The notes beneath the pieces were generated by a model, which was not told where the DNA came from, searched no databases, and saw nothing but the letters and a program-made list of their open reading frames with translations. A program made the position numbers and the translations under genes. Positions 18,934 to 27,629 of a DNA stretch of 64,000 bases are shown piece by piece (position 1 is the first letter of the stretch; every line of letters starts with the position of its first letter). Source of the DNA: Myxococcota bacterium. Lineage in GTDB: Bacteria; Myxococcota_A; UBA9160; UBA4427. Location: contig OZ252299.1 in the NCBI GenBank assembly GCA_965250285.1, positions 5,920,001 to 5,984,000 on the forward strand. The letters are read 5' to 3'.

Positions 18934-19599
18934 ATGCCCCTTCAGAGCCCCGACGCCCGTCTCATTCGGCGCTTCGTTCTGGCGGCCGTGCTGTTCGCCA
19001 TCATCGCACTCGGCCTCGCACTGCCGGCCCTCGAGAGCGCCGACGCCGAGGCGCCGCCGGCCGACGCCGAGGCGCGGCTGGCCGATGCCGGCGACGCGAC
19101 CCTCTATACGTTCGAAGCGCGGCGCCTCGGCGGCGATGTCGAGTCGCTCGACCGCTACCGCGGCCAGGTGGTGCTCGTCGTCAACACGGCGAGCCGGTGT
19201 GGCTACACGCCGCAGTACGACGAGCTGCAAGCGCTGTACGACGAGCAGAGCGCCAACGGACTCACCGTGCTGGGCTTTCCGTCGAACGACTTTGGCCAGC
19301 AGGAGCCGGGCACCGACGCTCAGATCGGGGCGTTCTGCAAGCAGAACTACGGCGTCGAGTTCCCGATGTTCTCGAAGGTCAAGGTGAATGGCCCCGAGGC
19401 GCATCCGCTGTATGTCTGGCTGACGTCGCAGCCCGCCCCCGTCGGTGGGCCCGTGCAGTGGAACTTTCAGAAGTATCTCGTCGACCGCGACGGCCACGTC
19501 GTTCGCAGCTTCCCTTCGCGCGTGAAGCCGAGCCACCCCGAGCTGCGCGCCGAGATCGATCGGTTGCTCGCCGCCGAACCGGGCCGCAGCGCGGGCTGA
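18934..19599 (+). CDS. Glutathione peroxidase family protein (Cys type, N-terminal signal/TM)
   Basis: VVNTASRCGYTPQY, LGFPSNDFGQQEPG and WNFQKYLV. Confidence 0.95.
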   Translation: MPLQSPDARLIRRFVLAAVLFAIIALGLALPALESADAEAPPADAEARLADAGDATLYTFEARRLGGDVESLDRYRGQVVLVVNTASRCGYTPQYDELQALYDEQSANGLTVLGFPSNDFGQQEPGTDAQIGAFCKQNYGVEFPMFSKVKVNGPEAHPLYVWLTSQPAPVGGPVQWNFQKYLVDRDGHVVRSFPSRVKPSHPELRAEIDRLLAAEPGRSAG

Positions 19600-19710
19600 A
19601 GGGGGAACGCGACCGGCCCGAGCAACGGACGCGGCGGCTCAACCCTCGATGGACCTCGGCGCGCGGCCGCCGTCGGCGCACGGCCGGTGGTGCAAGAGCG
19701 GAGTGAACGC

Positions 19711-20724
19711 ATGAGTGAACGAAGTGTCGCCGTGATCGGTGCGGGTCTGGCCGGGCTGGTGTGTGCGCGACGCCTGGCCGACGTGCCAGGAACGCGGGTG
19801 CGCGTCTTCGAGAAGGCGCGTGGGCCGGGTGGCCGCGTCAGCACGCGGCGCGCGGGCGAGCTCGCGTTCGACCACGGAGCGCAGTACTTCACGTGTCGAA
19901 CGCCCGCGTTCCGGCGACAGGTCGACGACTGGCTGATGCGCGGCGTGGCCGCGCCCTGGGCGGGCGAGGTCGTGTCGCTCGAGCGCGGGCACCTGCGCAG
20001 CGACCCGGGGCGCGACGCGCGCTACGTCGGCACGCCGCGCATGAGTGCCCTCGGGCGCGATCTCGCAAGCGGCCTCGATCTCGCGCTCGAAGCGCGCGTC
20101 GAGTCGACGGAGCGCACCGATCCGGGCCCGAACGGTCAGTGGCAGCTGCGACGCGTCGATGGCTCGGTCGAAGGGCCCTTCGATGCCCTCGTCGTCGCGG
20201 CGCCGGCGCCCCAGGCGGTGCCGCTGCTGGCGCCGACGCCCGAGCTCGCCTCGCGCGTTGCCGGCGTCGCGATGGAGCCTTGTCACGCCGTCATGGTGGC
20301 GTTCGACTCACCGCTCGACGTGCCGTTCGACGCCGCGTTCGTGCAGGGCTCGCCGCTCTCGTGGATCGCGCGAAACGACAGCAAGCCGGGGCGCGCCGAC
20401 GCGACGACCTGGGTGCTGCAGACCACCGTCGAGTGGAGTGAAGCCCATGTCCCGGCCGACACGAGTGGGCTCGCTCCGGTGCTGCTCGAAGCGTTCGAGA
20501 AGACGGTCGGGGTCACGCTCCCGCCGACGACGCACGTCGCCGTGCACCGCTGGCTCTACGCGCGCTGCTCGGCCCCGATCTGCGAACCGTTCCTGCACGA
20601 CGCGGTGCGGAACCTCGGCGTGTGCGGCGACTGGATGATCGGCGGTCGCGTCGAGGGCGCGTTCACGAGCGGGCACTCGCTCGGCGAAGCGATGGTGCGT
20701 GCGTGGGCGAAGAGCGAACGCTGA
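19711..20724 (+). CDS. Renalase-like NAD(P)/FAD-dependent oxidoreductase
   Basis: IGAGLAGL, FEKARGPGGRVSTRR, FDHGAQYFT, HRWLYA and CGDW...RVEGAFTSG. Confidence 0.9.
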   Translation: MSERSVAVIGAGLAGLVCARRLADVPGTRVRVFEKARGPGGRVSTRRAGELAFDHGAQYFTCRTPAFRRQVDDWLMRGVAAPWAGEVVSLERGHLRSDPGRDARYVGTPRMSALGRDLASGLDLALEARVESTERTDPGPNGQWQLRRVDGSVEGPFDALVVAAPAPQAVPLLAPTPELASRVAGVAMEPCHAVMVAFDSPLDVPFDAAFVQGSPLSWIARNDSKPGRADATTWVLQTTVEWSEAHVPADTSGLAPVLLEAFEKTVGVTLPPTTHVAVHRWLYARCSAPICEPFLHDAVRNLGVCGDWMIGGRVEGAFTSGHSLGEAMVRAWAKSER

Positions 20725-20878
20725 CGCGCGTCAGCGGTTCCTGCCCCGCCCACCGATGATGTCTTCGTGATTCGCACAAACGTTCGAGTGTGTTCGTCGC
20801 GATGTGAGCGTCGAGCCTGCGGGGCCGCGTGACGACTCGATCCAGTGTTTGCCTGACTCGACGACGCTTTGAACCCGA

Positions 20879-20940
20879 TCGGGTGTGCATCCTATTGACC
20901 CGCGTGTGCATCCATTGAAACATGCGCGTCATGCACCCGA
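20879..20940. promoter_or_regulatory. Repeated regulator-binding-like boxes
   Basis: GTGTGCATCC at 20883 and 20904 (21-bp spacing), each followed by (T)ATTGA. Inverted partial copy ATGCACCCGA at 20931-20940. Confidence 0.5.
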
Positions 20941-20992
20941 CGCGATTCTGTGTCCACTGCGCCGCTGCGGCGCGCACCTGGAATCGAACCCC

Positions 20993-21235
20993 ATGAAGCG
21001 AAAGTCGATGTCGCCGACCCGGGGCACCTCCCGAGTCGGTCCGCTCTTCACCCTTCTCTCGTTCGTTGGCGCGTTGCTGTTGGCCCTCACCGCGGGCCAT
21101 GTGCTCGAGCAGCGCGGTGCTGGTGTCACGCCCCGTGCCAAGGAGCGCGCAAGCGACGCGTCGGCCGATGCGCTGGCCCGCGCGCGCTACGAGGTCGAGC
21201 CCAAGAACGAGCTCGTGCTGCTGGCTTCGCTCTAG
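20993..21235 (+). CDS. Small single-TM hypothetical protein
   Basis: 80 aa, basic N-terminus plus a hydrophobic segment; fills the gap downstream of the repeated boxes. Confidence 0.5.
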   Translation: MKRKSMSPTRGTSRVGPLFTLLSFVGALLLALTAGHVLEQRGAGVTPRAKERASDASADALARARYEVEPKNELVLLASL

Positions 21236-23304
21236 CCGGCCGGCCGCGCCCACACCTCGTACTCGGGCGTCTCTTCGACGCGTTCGAGCGGGCTCGCTTC
21301 GAGGGCGCGCTCGACGTCGCGGTACTGGCGGGCTTCACCCTGCAGGACGACCGCCTGGAGCGGGACCGACGCGATCGCCTCGGCCAGCAGCTCGCCGCTG
21401 CGCGGCAGCCGCACGTCGCCGCCGACCATGCGGGTCAGCTGCGCGCGTAGGGTCAGCTCGCGCGCCGCGAAGCGCTCGGCCAGCACGTCGAGCAGCAGGT
21501 CGCGCACGAGCAGCGGATGCGGATGGTCGTGTAGCAGCCCCACCCAGTGCGAGGGGCCGACGGGCGCGAGCACGAAGTCGCCCGACCCGGCGTGGCGTGC
21601 GACGGCGCGCGCGACCGACAGCTCGGCCGGGTCGATCTTGATGTCGGGCACACCCAGGCGCACACCGTTCGCGGGTGAGGGCGTGACGACGCCTTCGCTC
21701 AGTCCGAGGCCGATCGCGACGCTCAGCGCGAACGCGGCGCCCTGGGCCGCGAGCCCCGAACGGCCGATGCGGGTGGCGAGCCCGACGCCCCACGTCAGCA
21801 GCGCTGCGAACGCGAGCGGTACGGGCCAGATCCAGAGCACGCGAAAGTATGTGTCGGGGCCCGTGATGCCGGTCGCGATCAGATGCGCATGGAGGGGCGA
21901 CCAGAAGAGCACCGTGGCGGCCGCCGCGTACACGGCGATGAACCGCCGCAGCGGGGCGGTCGGTGCGAGCGCAGTCGCTGCGGCCACGGCGAAGACCAAC
22001 CATGCTGCGCCGAGCCCCGTGCCGGCGACGCGCTCGAGCGCATCGGCCATCAGCTCGGCTGCGGTCGCGCTGAGCCCCGGCATCGGATGCGTCGCCTCGC
22101 TGAACGCCCGCACCATCTCGGCGCGCATTGCGAGCGCAACGCCCACCGGGTAGCTCGAAGCGAGCGCGCCCAGCGCCAGGGTGCGCAGCGTGTCCCGCGG
22201 CGACGGTCGCGCGCGAGCCTGCTCGGGCTCGGTCGTGAAGCGCTCGAGGCAGCCCGTGACGACACCGAGGCCGCCGAGCACCGGCGCCAACCAGAGCGCG
22301 TTGGTCGTGAGGCCGAGGGCGGCGACCTGGGTCGCGGCGAGGCGCAGCCAGCGCCCGACCGAAGGCTGCGCGCCGAACGCCAGGCCTGCGTCGGCGAGCA
22401 ACGGCCAGAGCACGACGAGCACGATCGCCTTGCCCTGCTGCAACCGCAGCAGGGCGAAGTCGCCGAACGACGATGCCGCCTGCGAGAACAGATAGAGCGA
22501 CGTGACGAGGCCGACGAGCAGCCAGGGCCACTCGCCCGGGGCGAGCCGGCGCAGCAGCCGCGCCCAGACGAGCGGGATCAGCGCCGCGAAGAGCGGGGGC
22601 AGCGCGACGTGGGCCAACACCAGCGCTTCGATGCCCGTGATCCATGCGAACAGGCCGATGGCCGGCTCGAAGGCGTGCAGCCGAAACACCGGCAGATCCA
22701 TCGGGACGTCGTCGTACCCGTGCAGGGTGTCGCCGGCGAGCAGCGCCGCGCCGGGCGCGTCGGCCGCGGCGACCGCCATGTTCAGGTAGAAGGCGTCGTC
22801 TTCGTTGGCGCGGTGCGAGACGGCTACGGTGATCGCGCAGACGAGCGCCAGCGCGGGGATGAGCCCGGGGGCCGAGGCGACGCCGGTCGGCCGGGGCGTC
22901 GCGTCGGGGCGCAGCCCTCGCCAGACGCCGAGGCCCGCGATCGTGAGCCAGGCCGGAAGCATCGAGCCGGTCGCCCAGGTCGCTCCGGCGCCTGCTGCGG
23001 CGAGACCGACGAGAACGAGGGTCTCGAACGGGGGCAGGGGGTCGCGCCAAGAGCTGCCCAGCGCGATGGGCGGGCCCGCTTCGCCCGGGTCGGGTCGCAG
23101 CCGCCACCCGATGCCGAGCAGCAGGCCGAGCACGGCGAGCGCACCGAGACCGAGGGCGATCAGCGAGCCACCGAGCGCGACCGTTGCGTGGGCCACGAGC
23201 GTGAAGAGGGCAAACGCGCCGACGCCGAGATCGGTCCACCACGCGCTGCGCGATCGGGGTGGCTTCGACGTCGATGCGTGGCTGTGAGAGCTCGGCGCGC
23301 CCAG
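21232..23304 (-). CDS. Multi-pass membrane protein, DUF6077-like (possible GT-C glycosyltransferase)
   Basis: Many TM helices with DDAFY and RLQQGKA motifs. Start uncertain (CTG at 23304 after GGGAG). Confidence 0.65.
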   Translation of the reverse strand: MGAPSSHSHASTSKPPRSRSAWWTDLGVGAFALFTLVAHATVALGGSLIALGLGALAVLGLLLGIGWRLRPDPGEAGPPIALGSSWRDPLPPFETLVLVGLAAAGAGATWATGSMLPAWLTIAGLGVWRGLRPDATPRPTGVASAPGLIPALALVCAITVAVSHRANEDDAFYLNMAVAAADAPGAALLAGDTLHGYDDVPMDLPVFRLHAFEPAIGLFAWITGIEALVLAHVALPPLFAALIPLVWARLLRRLAPGEWPWLLVGLVTSLYLFSQAASSFGDFALLRLQQGKAIVLVVLWPLLADAGLAFGAQPSVGRWLRLAATQVAALGLTTNALWLAPVLGGLGVVTGCLERFTTEPEQARARPSPRDTLRTLALGALASSYPVGVALAMRAEMVRAFSEATHPMPGLSATAAELMADALERVAGTGLGAAWLVFAVAAATALAPTAPLRRFIAVYAAAATVLFWSPLHAHLIATGITGPDTYFRVLWIWPVPLAFAALLTWGVGLATRIGRSGLAAQGAAFALSVAIGLGLSEGVVTPSPANGVRLGVPDIKIDPAELSVARAVARHAGSGDFVLAPVGPSHWVGLLHDHPHPLLVRDLLLDVLAERFAARELTLRAQLTRMVGGDVRLPRSGELLAEAIASVPLQAVVLQGEARQYRDVERALEASPLERVEETPEYEVWARPAG

Positions 23305-23419
23305 TGCTCTCCCCCTCCCCCCGCCCGCGCCGATGCGCGTGCGTCCGACCCGGTCGGATGGTGGGGGCGCGGCGCGTGTGCGGCAACACCAGAGGCGCTG
23401 CGCGAAAAGGTGCGTGCGG

Positions 23420-26400
23420 CTAGAGGCTGGCGAGGATCGCTTCGAGTCGGTGCCCGACCGTCGCGGCATCGGCGACCCGCTCATCGGGGTTCTTGGCGAT
23501 CATCTCGAGGATCAGCTCGGCGATCACGTCGGGGACGTCGCTGCAGATGCTGCGCGGATCGGGCGGCTCGGTGTGGCGATGGTGATACTGCACGTCGCCG
23601 TCCTGGAACGGGACGCGGCCCGTGACGAACTCGAAGAGCGTCACCCCGAACGCGTAGATGTCGGCGCGGTGGTCGACGTGCTCGCCGGCCGCCTGTTCGG
23701 GCGCCATGTAGTAGGGCGTACCGCCGACGATGGTCGAGCCGCGGCGCACCTCCTCCATCATCTTCGCGAGACCGAAATCCATGATCTTGACCGTCTTGTC
23801 CTTGGTCAGGAACAGGTTCGAGGTCTTGATGTCGCGGTGGACGACCTGGCTCGCGTGCGCGTATTGCAGACCCGCCGCGACCTGCTGCCCGATCTTGGCC
23901 GTGTCCTTCGCGCTCAGGCGACCGCGCTTGCGCAGGATCGCGTTCAGGGGATAGCCCTCGAGCAGCTCCATCGTGATGAAGAAGGTGCCGTCCTCTTGAT
24001 CGGTGTCGTGCACCGTCACCAGGTTCGGGTGATTCAGGCGGGCCGCGGCCTGGGCCTCGTTCAAGAAGAGCTTCACGGCCTTCGGATGCTCGCGCAGGTT
24101 CTCGGGCAGGCGCTTGAGTGCGACCACGCGGTTCAGGCGGCGGTCGCGGGCCTTGAACACGAGGCCCATCCCGCCGCGTCCAATCTCGGCGAGGATCTCG
24201 TAGCGATGATCGTTGACGAACTGCGTCGGGACGCTCGTCGTCTTGCCGCCCTTGTTCATCGCCTCGGCGGCCTTCTGCAGCGCGACCTTCTTGCGCACGC
24301 CTTCGATCGCCTGGGCGACGCCCGGGTGCGTCGGCTCGCGCTTGCGTAGATCGTCGAGGGTCTCGATGGCGCGCTCGAGCTGATCGCTGTCGACGAAGAG
24401 GTCGGCCAGCTCCATCGCTTCGTCGCCGGTGATCGCGCTGCGGCCGACGGCCGAGACGTAGGCCTCGTACTTGTTCGCGGCGAGGTCGGCGTGGCCTTCC
24501 TGCTTGAAGGCCAAGGCGAGGCGCTTGCATGCGATGGCGTAGTCGGGGTCGGCGGTCGTGACCTGCTGCAGCAGCCGGATCGCCGAAGCGCGCTCGCCGG
24601 CGCCTTCGGCCAGATCGGCCGCCTCGATGAAGGCGCGCTTGCGCTCGAGCACGCCGATCAGCGAGCCCTCGCTGTCCGACTGGCGGAAGCACGCCTCGGC
24701 CTCGTCGAGCGCGTTGACCGATTCGAAGAGCTCGCCGGCGCGATCGAACATGCCGGCCTCGCGGTAGCTCTCGGCGGCGTCCTTGATCTCGCCCGACCGC
24801 TCGTAGAGCTCGGCGGCGCGCTCGAAGTCGCTGATCGATTCGCGCAGCCGGGCCGCTTCGAGGTGATGCCCTGCGTTCTCGAGCTGCTGCGCGGCGGCCT
24901 CGGTGGAGCCGTTCATCTGGTGCAGACGTGCGAGCAGCAGGTGCGCCGACTGATGATGCCCATCCTGCTCGAGCGCGTGCGCCGACCCCTGCAGATCGCC
25001 GAGCAAGAAGGGCTGCACGGCGGGTGGGCAGCCCTTGAAGACGATGCGGTCGGTGCCCGCGAGGTCGACGGCGATCGCCTGGGGCTTGAAGTCTTCGACC
25101 GTGACGTCGAGCTCGGCGATGCGGTCTTCGCTGCCGACGACGAGCAGGTGCTGACCCATTGGCAGGCGGATCCGCAGCTGCCCTTCGCTCGCGTAGCGGA
25201 GCGACTGCGGCAGGCCTCGCGCGACCACGCCGATCTCGCCGCCGCGCCGCTTGTCCCAGCGCACCTCGACGTCGATCGGGCAGTCGCGGGGCCGCAGGTC
25301 GAACGCGATGTCGACGGGCGTGCGCGACTTCACCTGCACGATCTGGTCTTCGAAGATCTCGTTCAGCACCTCGCCGCTCGTCGGATCCTTCAGCTCGCCG
25401 CAGACCGTCACTACGGCGCGGCCCGTGCGGACGCGGCCGAACTGCACCTCGCGCCCGACCTGACGCGCGAAGGCGAGGGCGTTGCGCATGCGCTTCGGTG
25501 CCGGGTCGTCGCTGGCCGGGCGCTTGGGCTTCGATCGCTCGCGGGTCACGGCCACCCAGAAGTGGCCCTCGAGCACGTCGGGATAGTCGATGCGCACCTG
25601 CACCTCGCCCTTGCGGCGCAGGAAGGGCAACACGGCGAGCAGGGCGAAGAACAGACCGATGCCGCGCACCACGTTCTGGTAGTGGACGCGGCCATCCTCG
25701 AGCGTCAGCAGCGAGCGCAGCGGGCTGGGCAGCGCGGCGAAGCGCGCCTCGATGTTCGCGCGCCGCGTCTCGACCTCGTTCGCCGGGAAGAGCTCGGGGA
25801 CGGGATCGCTGTCGGTCGGGTCGCGCTCGCCGCGCTCGGCGAGCACCTGCCGACGGGCGTAGTCGAGGAGCGCCCGGGTGCGGTCTTCGTCGTAGAGCAC
25901 GAGAGAACGGTCGAGGGCCTCGCCTGCGTCGCGCGGATAGTCGATCTCGAGGTAGAACTCACCGAGGTCGCGCCAGGCGCCGGCGCGCTCGGCGTCGCCG
26001 AACTCGGTGCGGCGCTCGGCGATCTCGATGGCGAAGAGCAGCGCGGCTTCGGCGTCTTCGATGCGTTCCTGGCGCAGGCGAATGCGAGCGAGCTCGCGCC
26101 AGGCGCCGATCGAATCCTGCCCGATCCCGATCGCGCGCTCCCACGTGGCGGCCGCGCCCTCGAGGTCGCCCATCACGCCGCGCGTGTTGGCCTCGCGCGA
26201 GAGCCAGAGCAGGCGATTGCGCTCGTTCATCCAATCGTCGGCGTCGAGGCCCGGGGTCGGCAGCGCATGGGCCGCGCGGCGCGTCTCGCGCTCGAGGTCG
26301 GAGCGGGCTGGAATGAAGCGGTCAGAGCGCGGCGCGAACATCGGCTGAAAGCCGCTGCGCGCATCGGCGCGTCGCTCGCTCGACCACGGGTCGTCGTCCC

Positions 26401-26497
26401 CCCCCGCGGCGATCGCCAGGGGAGCGAAAATCAAGAGGGCGAAGAGACATGTGACGGTTCGCACCGCCCGCCCGCTGTGTCGGGGTCGGAATACCAT
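23420..26497 (-). CDS. Membrane Ser/Thr (Hanks-type) protein kinase with TPR-like regions and a C-terminal kinase domain
   Basis: Signal peptide, TPR-like helices, one TM (GIGLFFALLAVLPFLRRK), further helical repeats. Kinase motifs GRGGMGLV, VALK, HRDIKTSN, DFG, GTPYYMAPE and DIYAFG. Confidence 0.92.
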   Translation of the reverse strand: MVFRPRHSGRAVRTVTCLFALLIFAPLAIAAGGDDDPWSSERRADARSGFQPMFAPRSDRFIPARSDLERETRRAAHALPTPGLDADDWMNERNRLLWLSREANTRGVMGDLEGAAATWERAIGIGQDSIGAWRELARIRLRQERIEDAEAALLFAIEIAERRTEFGDAERAGAWRDLGEFYLEIDYPRDAGEALDRSLVLYDEDRTRALLDYARRQVLAERGERDPTDSDPVPELFPANEVETRRANIEARFAALPSPLRSLLTLEDGRVHYQNVVRGIGLFFALLAVLPFLRRKGEVQVRIDYPDVLEGHFWVAVTRERSKPKRPASDDPAPKRMRNALAFARQVGREVQFGRVRTGRAVVTVCGELKDPTSGEVLNEIFEDQIVQVKSRTPVDIAFDLRPRDCPIDVEVRWDKRRGGEIGVVARGLPQSLRYASEGQLRIRLPMGQHLLVVGSEDRIAELDVTVEDFKPQAIAVDLAGTDRIVFKGCPPAVQPFLLGDLQGSAHALEQDGHHQSAHLLLARLHQMNGSTEAAAQQLENAGHHLEAARLRESISDFERAAELYERSGEIKDAAESYREAGMFDRAGELFESVNALDEAEACFRQSDSEGSLIGVLERKRAFIEAADLAEGAGERASAIRLLQQVTTADPDYAIACKRLALAFKQEGHADLAANKYEAYVSAVGRSAITGDEAMELADLFVDSDQLERAIETLDDLRKREPTHPGVAQAIEGVRKKVALQKAAEAMNKGGKTTSVPTQFVNDHRYEILAEIGRGGMGLVFKARDRRLNRVVALKRLPENLREHPKAVKLFLNEAQAAARLNHPNLVTVHDTDQEDGTFFITMELLEGYPLNAILRKRGRLSAKDTAKIGQQVAAGLQYAHASQVVHRDIKTSNLFLTKDKTVKIMDFGLAKMMEEVRRGSTIVGGTPYYMAPEQAAGEHVDHRADIYAFGVTLFEFVTGRVPFQDGDVQYHHRHTEPPDPRSICSDVPDVIAELILEMIAKNPDERVADAATVGHRLEAILASL

Positions 26498-26681
26498 GGA
26501 TCCACCCCAGACATCGGCGCCTCTCGCGGCCAGATTGAGCGCCGAAACGCGCGCTTGCAGGCACCAGATACGCAGCGCTGCGGCGGCGCCCAATTCGGCG
26601 TGGGCGAGGGCGATTCGAGATGCGGAGCTGGGCGATGGGAGTGCGCCGAGGCCCGACTCCCCGCGGGCGAGGGCTTCAGGT

Positions 26682-27509
26682 TCAGCCCAGGCCGATCGCG
26701 AGCTGACGGCTCAGGGCGAGCAGCTGGCCGTTGGGCGACCAGATCTCGCCATCTTCTTCGAGGAAGGCGCCGTCCTTGAGGCGGGTGCGAAACACCGCGA
26801 GGCAGAAGGCGTCGGGCGCAACGCTCGCCCAGGCCTCGGGGTGCCGAAAGTGCACCGTCAGGTCGACCGTCGGCACCGGGCCGAAGCGGTCGATGCCGCC
26901 CGACAGGGCGAAGACGGCCGGAGGCAGGGCGTCGGCGTAGGCGGCGAGCAGCTGCGCGTCGATGGCGCGGCCCGGTTCGGCGAGTCGGATCCAGGCGGCG
27001 GTCTGCGCGGTGTCGCTGCCCGCGTCGCGCTCTGAACCCGGCAGAAAGCGCATCTCGTAGCGTCGATGCAGCGGCAACAGGCCGGCGTACGGCTCGAGGC
27101 TCTCGGCGGGCGGCGCTTCGGGCATGCGCAGGTCGATGAAGTGGTCGCCGTCGCGGGTCTTCGAGATCGCGGCCACCGCAAACGCCCGCAGCTTGCCGTC
27201 TTGCACCAGTCGGCAGGTGATCGAGGAGAGCGAGCGTCCGCTGCGCAGCACCTCGGTTTCGAGCTCGGCGGGGCCCTCGCTCGGCGGCGACGTGTAGTGG
27301 ACGGTCAAGCTGCGTGGAATGCGCGCTTCGTCGCCGACCCGCTCCTGCATGGCGCGCAGCATGAGCGCGGCGATGTAGCCGCCGTTCGGTCCGTTCACGA
27401 CCCACCAGTTCGTGTCGATCGGGCGCGCGACGCTGAATCGGTCGGGGCCGGCGGCGATCAGGCGGGTGTCGAGGTCGAGGGTGTCGGCGGGGGTGGTGAC
27501 GTCGGTCAT
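26682..27509 (-). CDS. Acyl-CoA thioesterase (double hot-dog, TesB-like)
   Basis: GPNGGYIAA, VLRSGRS, DALPP, VPTVDLTVHF and EEDGEIWS. Confidence 0.88.
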   Translation of the reverse strand: MTDVTTPADTLDLDTRLIAAGPDRFSVARPIDTNWWVVNGPNGGYIAALMLRAMQERVGDEARIPRSLTVHYTSPPSEGPAELETEVLRSGRSLSSITCRLVQDGKLRAFAVAAISKTRDGDHFIDLRMPEAPPAESLEPYAGLLPLHRRYEMRFLPGSERDAGSDTAQTAAWIRLAEPGRAIDAQLLAAYADALPPAVFALSGGIDRFGPVPTVDLTVHFRHPEAWASVAPDAFCLAVFRTRLKDGAFLEEDGEIWSPNGQLLALSRQLAIGLG

Positions 27510-27629
27510 GAGCGGCGTTCGATGCCGCGCAGCTTGTCCAGATTCATGAATCCCCAGAGAGGGGGAATGCGCTGCGACTTCGGCGACATGGCGGGCGGCT
27601 ACCCGTGGCCTGCGCTACACGACCCGGCC

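Noticed and set aside
18934..19599. Selenocysteine glutathione peroxidase
   Set aside because: The active-site codon is TGT (Cys) and there is no in-frame TGA.
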